Origin: Azolla caroliniana
Lineage: Eukaryota > Plantae > Polypodiophyta
NCBI GenBank assembly: GCA_043228905.1
Contig: JBHGNT010000006.1
Location: 17,050,001 to 17,114,000, forward strand
Length of the DNA: 64,000 nt
Reading direction: 5' to 3'
Shown: positions 59,824-64,000 of the stretch, piece by piece
How the letters are laid out: the number at the start of each line of letters is the position of its first letter
Position numbering within the stretch: position 1 is the stretch's first letter
Program-made: the position numbers and the translations under genes
Notes under the pieces: generated by a model
What the model was told of the DNA's origin: nothing
The model's input: the letters and a program-made list of their open reading frames with translations, nothing else
The model's database searches: none

Positions 59824-60141
59824 CACTTATGAACAACACAAGATGGGGGATGAGTAACTATATTAAATTAGCATTATCATCATCAAATACAAAAATACCT
59901 ACAATGAGGTATATATAGATCTCATGTGCAAGGGTGCACATGTGTGAGGATAATATAGGTACAAAAGTGTAAGTCCTATATTAAATGTACTTGGGAGTGG
60001 AGGATCTAGAATATCCCACTTAAGTACAAGGTCCTATTTACGGCGTTATAGTCAACACTTCTAACTAGATTCTATCTAGGTAACTACAAAGTTACATGGT
60101 TGACTAACTAACTAAACTAAGTTGAGCTTGATCTCTCAACA
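59490..60141 (-). mobile_element. Copia-type 5' LTR (59689-60141) with tRNA-iMet PBS and a short leader
   Basis: TGTT...AACA termini; GCTCTGATATCA (mutated PBS) at 59677-59688. Confidence 0.75.
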
Positions 60142-60700
60142 ACTATCATTTAAGGCTGAACAAGAATGGAATGTACATAACTCTGATTATGGATGGTGGC
60201 AGATCTTAAAACATAGTTGGCATTCTAAATTGCCACATTTAGAGAAGGTCTTCATTTGGAGAGTTTTGATTGGGGGTTTGCCTTTGGGATTAGCTCTAAA
60301 ACGACGTGGACTAACAATAGACTATTGCTTCTTTTGCATTGTTTATGTGGAAGATAATATTCATTGTTTCATACAATGTCCGGTTGTTTGTCAATTTTGG
60401 AGTTACATTTCTCAAATTTGGCAAGTTTTGTCATAGTGTTATTTGATGCGAAGATGAGGTGTTTGTACAACACACATGTTGACCTAAAATCAGAGATGGA
60501 GATTGTTTTCCTATTTCTGAAGTATTGTGATTGTGTCATAATTGTGATATGTGTAATGCTTTTGTATTTGATGGTAAGCATGGAGTCCAATCATATCTAC
60601 AAAAGTTGGAGTACTAATGTGACAAATTTCTTTATTGGAGCAAGTGGAAATTCTTTCATCAATGGAGGGTTTGTCTTGCCTTTGGCAATTCAATATATCC
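60142..60700 (+). mobile_element. L1-type LINE 3' remnant (zf-RVT region)
   Basis: WHSKLPHLEKVFIWRVL..LP..CFFC...EDNIHCFIQC. Confidence 0.75.
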
Positions 60701-60944
60701 CACTACTTGTGTAGTTATTGGACTACGAAGACTTTGATTTTGTGCACCATCTAACTTGATTATTTGTATCATTTCAATGAAAATGCAAAAGAATATTTGT
60801 TTAAACACACATGACCCCCAACTACCATCTCGATGGTGGTACAGTGCCCTTGTCATGAAGTTATGAATTGTTTGCATTATAGTCACGTACTCCCTTGGTA
60901 TTTGTTTATCAATATATCAACAATTATGTTAAGTGGTAATTTAG

Positions 60945-62130
60945 AACCATCATCACCGGTTGTGTACGATGAGAAGCATTTTCGATCCGATGTCAAGTGG
61001 AATGACGTTCAAGAGTCGACAACCCACGTTGTCTCATTGCCAACAAGGTTTAATTCATTCTCCTCAGTAATGAGCATCAGTTCTTCTTCACTTGTCGCGA
61101 TCGCCGACGTTCCTTTCCGATCCGGGCCTCTTCGGTCCGAACTCTTCTTCGAATTGGTAGTGTTGGTTTCTTTCTCTTTCCGGAAATGTTGATAGTTCAT
61201 CTAGAAGTGCCTCGGCTTCCTACAATAGAAACAAGTAGGCCTCCCCCTTGACTTCGACCTCGTCCCCGACTTGTCTCGGTTTTGGGGACTCCGATACCGG
61301 CCTCTTCCCCATTTGTGGTCATCTTCCATGACCAAGGCCTTCGGATTGGTTCCGGACTCCTGGTCCTTCCGGCGAGCTTCTTCATCTAGCAAGCTTGCTT
61401 TTGCCCTTGCTAGGGACAACTGCTTTGCTTCCGGCCTAGCGTTGCCCAACGTGACAACTAGCGTCTCCCAACTATCCAGGAGGGAACCGAGCAAGCATAG
61501 TGCGAGTACCTCATCAGCAAGAGGTACTTCCAAAGAGGTTGCCTGATGGATCAGTCCCTAGAAGGCATTCATGTGCTCTGCCATACTAGAGCCGTCCTGG
61601 TACTGGAGCCTCACTAGCTTCCGGAATACCAAAACCCGATTAACGGCATTCTTGTTTTGGAACATGATGCCAATTTTCTCCCAGAGTTCATGAGCCTTAC
61701 TTTCTTCATTGAAGTTGTTGTATAGACTCATGTCGATGAAGCACCGGATGTATGTCGTCGTCTTCGTGTGCATCACCTCCCACACTGTGGCGTCGATCTT
61801 CTCCGAACTCTTGTCCCCAAACTGAACTGGCAACCAAAGATCTTTAACCACCAGTATATCCCTCATCTTCAACTTCCACACTGAGTAGTTGGAACCGGTG
61901 AGCTTGAACATGTCGTCGAACGATTCTTCCATTTCCTGTGTTGTTCGCTATGATACTAGATTGACAAGAATAGTGTGGAATATTGCTCGGCCACAACCAT
62001 GTCTTGAATCACTTCTATGAGAATCAAACACAAAAATGGGAAGTAGTAAGTGAACGCACTTACACACACAGAAAATGACAGAGGATGCACAAGATGTTTA
62101 CACGGAAAACCATAATAGGGAAAAACCATG
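60945..62130 (-). mobile_element. Truncated D-family copia: partial LTR, PBS, gag and protease start
   Basis: MEESFDDMFKLTGSNYSVWK is nearly identical to D gag; WVVDS. Confidence 0.9.
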
Positions 62131-62749
62131 GTGTCGTGATGTTTTGTGTCCAATGGGAGAAATTGTGAAATAGTGTGGCTCCACACACATGATTATAAAT
62201 ATGAAAATTAGCCTAGGGTCTAATGACATTCAAGTGCATATAGAAGGGTGCAAGCAAGATTTGAACCTTGCACTTCTAAGATAGGAAGCAATTATCTTTC
62301 CACTAAAGCTACTACTAAGTGCTTTAGATTTTGTATATTTCCTTCTCATATTTAGTATTCCAGAGGAAACAAACATACAAAACCGTGTACACAAAACCAT
62401 GGTTTTAGCCTATGGTTTTGTGCATCCCACAAGGAAAACCGTGCGCCCGAAAACCATGGGTTCAAGCCCATGGTTTTGTGCATGTTAGAAGGATAGATAA
62501 ACCTATAAAAACCCTCGTAAGGCTTGTGTAATGGGGGGGGGGGATCAATCAATGGATGAATCAAACAATCTATGTATCAAATCGAAAATTAATAATAAGA
62601 ATACTTAGTTATCTTATTGGTGATGTGTATCTATCTACCTATCTATCTTAAAAACTTCCTCAATTTTTGTTTCTCTCTCTCTCACTCTAACCACATTAGT
62701 GCGTCACTTCAGCCGCCCATCCTCCATAACCACTAGCGGATAGAGGCCC

Positions 62750-64000
62750 GGTGCTTGTCCGCGCTTGTGACGCGCACATTCCGAAATTTGGCACATGTGT
62801 CACGCGCCACACGACAACGGGAGCCCATAGACTCCAAACTATCACTATATATGGAAGGTACAAACAGAGACTCAAAGGCAACGACCTCGAGCTCTGTATC
62901 TTCGCCAGCCGGCGGTTACAACAGAGCATCGCTCAATCTCTCTCTCTCTCTCTGTACAACAGTTGTACACATACAACAATATGACAACAACCACACTAAA
63001 GTGATTGCCCTAAGTCATATTTATACTTATATGAACTTCGAGCTATTTACAAATATAGCCTCAATAGGCTTACTGAAAACATATTTACAAATATGTCTTC
63101 TCTTCCTGTTCTCACTGGGTCTCCTCCGGTTTCCGGATCTCTTCCGGTTCTCACCAGGTCCTCTTCATTCATAACCGGATCTTTTCCGGAGGGACCGATT
63201 TCCCAACACATCGATAGTCTTGACCGTAAGGAGGTTCGGTTTTGTTTGCCGGCCAAGCAATCGGTGCACCTCTAAGGTTGCACGTCCTTAACCGGAATAA
63301 GATTATCTTAGGCAAGCCTCTTCATCCCCTTCTCCCTCATGTGACATAGTCTTTTCTGCCACAGCTCACCGGTAGTGTCGGATGCTACGTTCACTTCTTC
63401 CCAGCATATCTAGTCATGCATCAGATACAACGTGTTGACCTTCCGGGCTCGTGCCAGTATTAGGCTCTCACTGGTGAACTTCATAACTCCTCCGAATGCT
63501 ACCCGTGTAGCCTTTATCATCTAGCCGACCGGCTGATATCAGGTTCAGTCGAACCTCCGAAACGTGTCAAATATTGTTCAGCAGCAACTTGCATCCGGTT
63601 GATGTTGTCAACAACACATTTCTTATGCCGACAATTCGGCATGTACCTTCATTCCCCATCTGGACACAAGCATGGTCACCAGTTGTGTAGCATGAGAAGC
63701 ATCTCCGCTACGGTGTTAGGTGGAACGATGCTCTGGAATCGAAAACCCATGTTGTCTCGTCGCCGACAAGGTTTAACTCATTCTCCTCAATGATGAGAAT
63801 CAGTTCTTCTTCACTTGTCACGATCGCCGACGTTCCCTTCCAATCCGAACCCTTCTTCGAATCGACATTGTCGGTTCCTTTCGTTTTCCGGAAATGTTGA
63901 CAGTTCTTTTGGAAGTGCCCTGGCTTCCCACAATAGAAGCAAGTAGGCGTCCCCCTTGAATTCGACCTCGTCCCTGAAGAGAATAGCGTGGAATATTGCT
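62750..64000 (-). mobile_element. Rearranged D-family copia pieces: LTR part to 63208, internal fragment 63209-63975, new LTR end from 63976
   Basis: Similar to the D LTR (ACTATCACTAT, GCCCTAAGTCATATTTATACT, CCCAACA) and to D 42580-43335. Confidence 0.85.

Noticed and set aside
62390-62485. Short inverted repeats (AAAACCATGG..CCATGGTTTT) as a MITE
   Set aside because: No pair of termini or TSD could be defined.

Overview
Eukaryotic repeat-dense DNA, probably a non-seed land plant such as a fern or bryophyte (inferred from the retroelement clades, spliceosomal introns and CpG-type decay). No ordinary host gene was found. Bases 1-45594 are one old Ty3/gypsy element (A) split by three insertions. 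These are a Tcn1-like chromovirus (361-7029), a 28.7-kb TIR DNA transposon with a Sola-like transposase (8860-37520) and a Ty1/copia element (39144-44940). The DNA transposon contains gypsy B, which contains young gypsy C. A ~6-kb tandem array of tRNA-Cys-derived units follows, then a relative of A (element E), then copia and LINE debris. Highlights: (1) the DNA transposon carries a six-exon gene for a ParB-like domain fused to a prokaryote-type beta-class N4C/N6A DNA methyltransferase, with ~22 copies of a 23-bp TCGA-containing palindrome in its first intron; (2) gypsy B and C lack a polypurine tract and have a tRNA-3'-end-like sequence in its place, suggesting tRNA priming of both strands; (3) the satellite is built from foldable tRNA-Cys(GCA) units in an A/B higher-order repeat. 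All alignments were by eye and family names come from motif recognition, not database searches.
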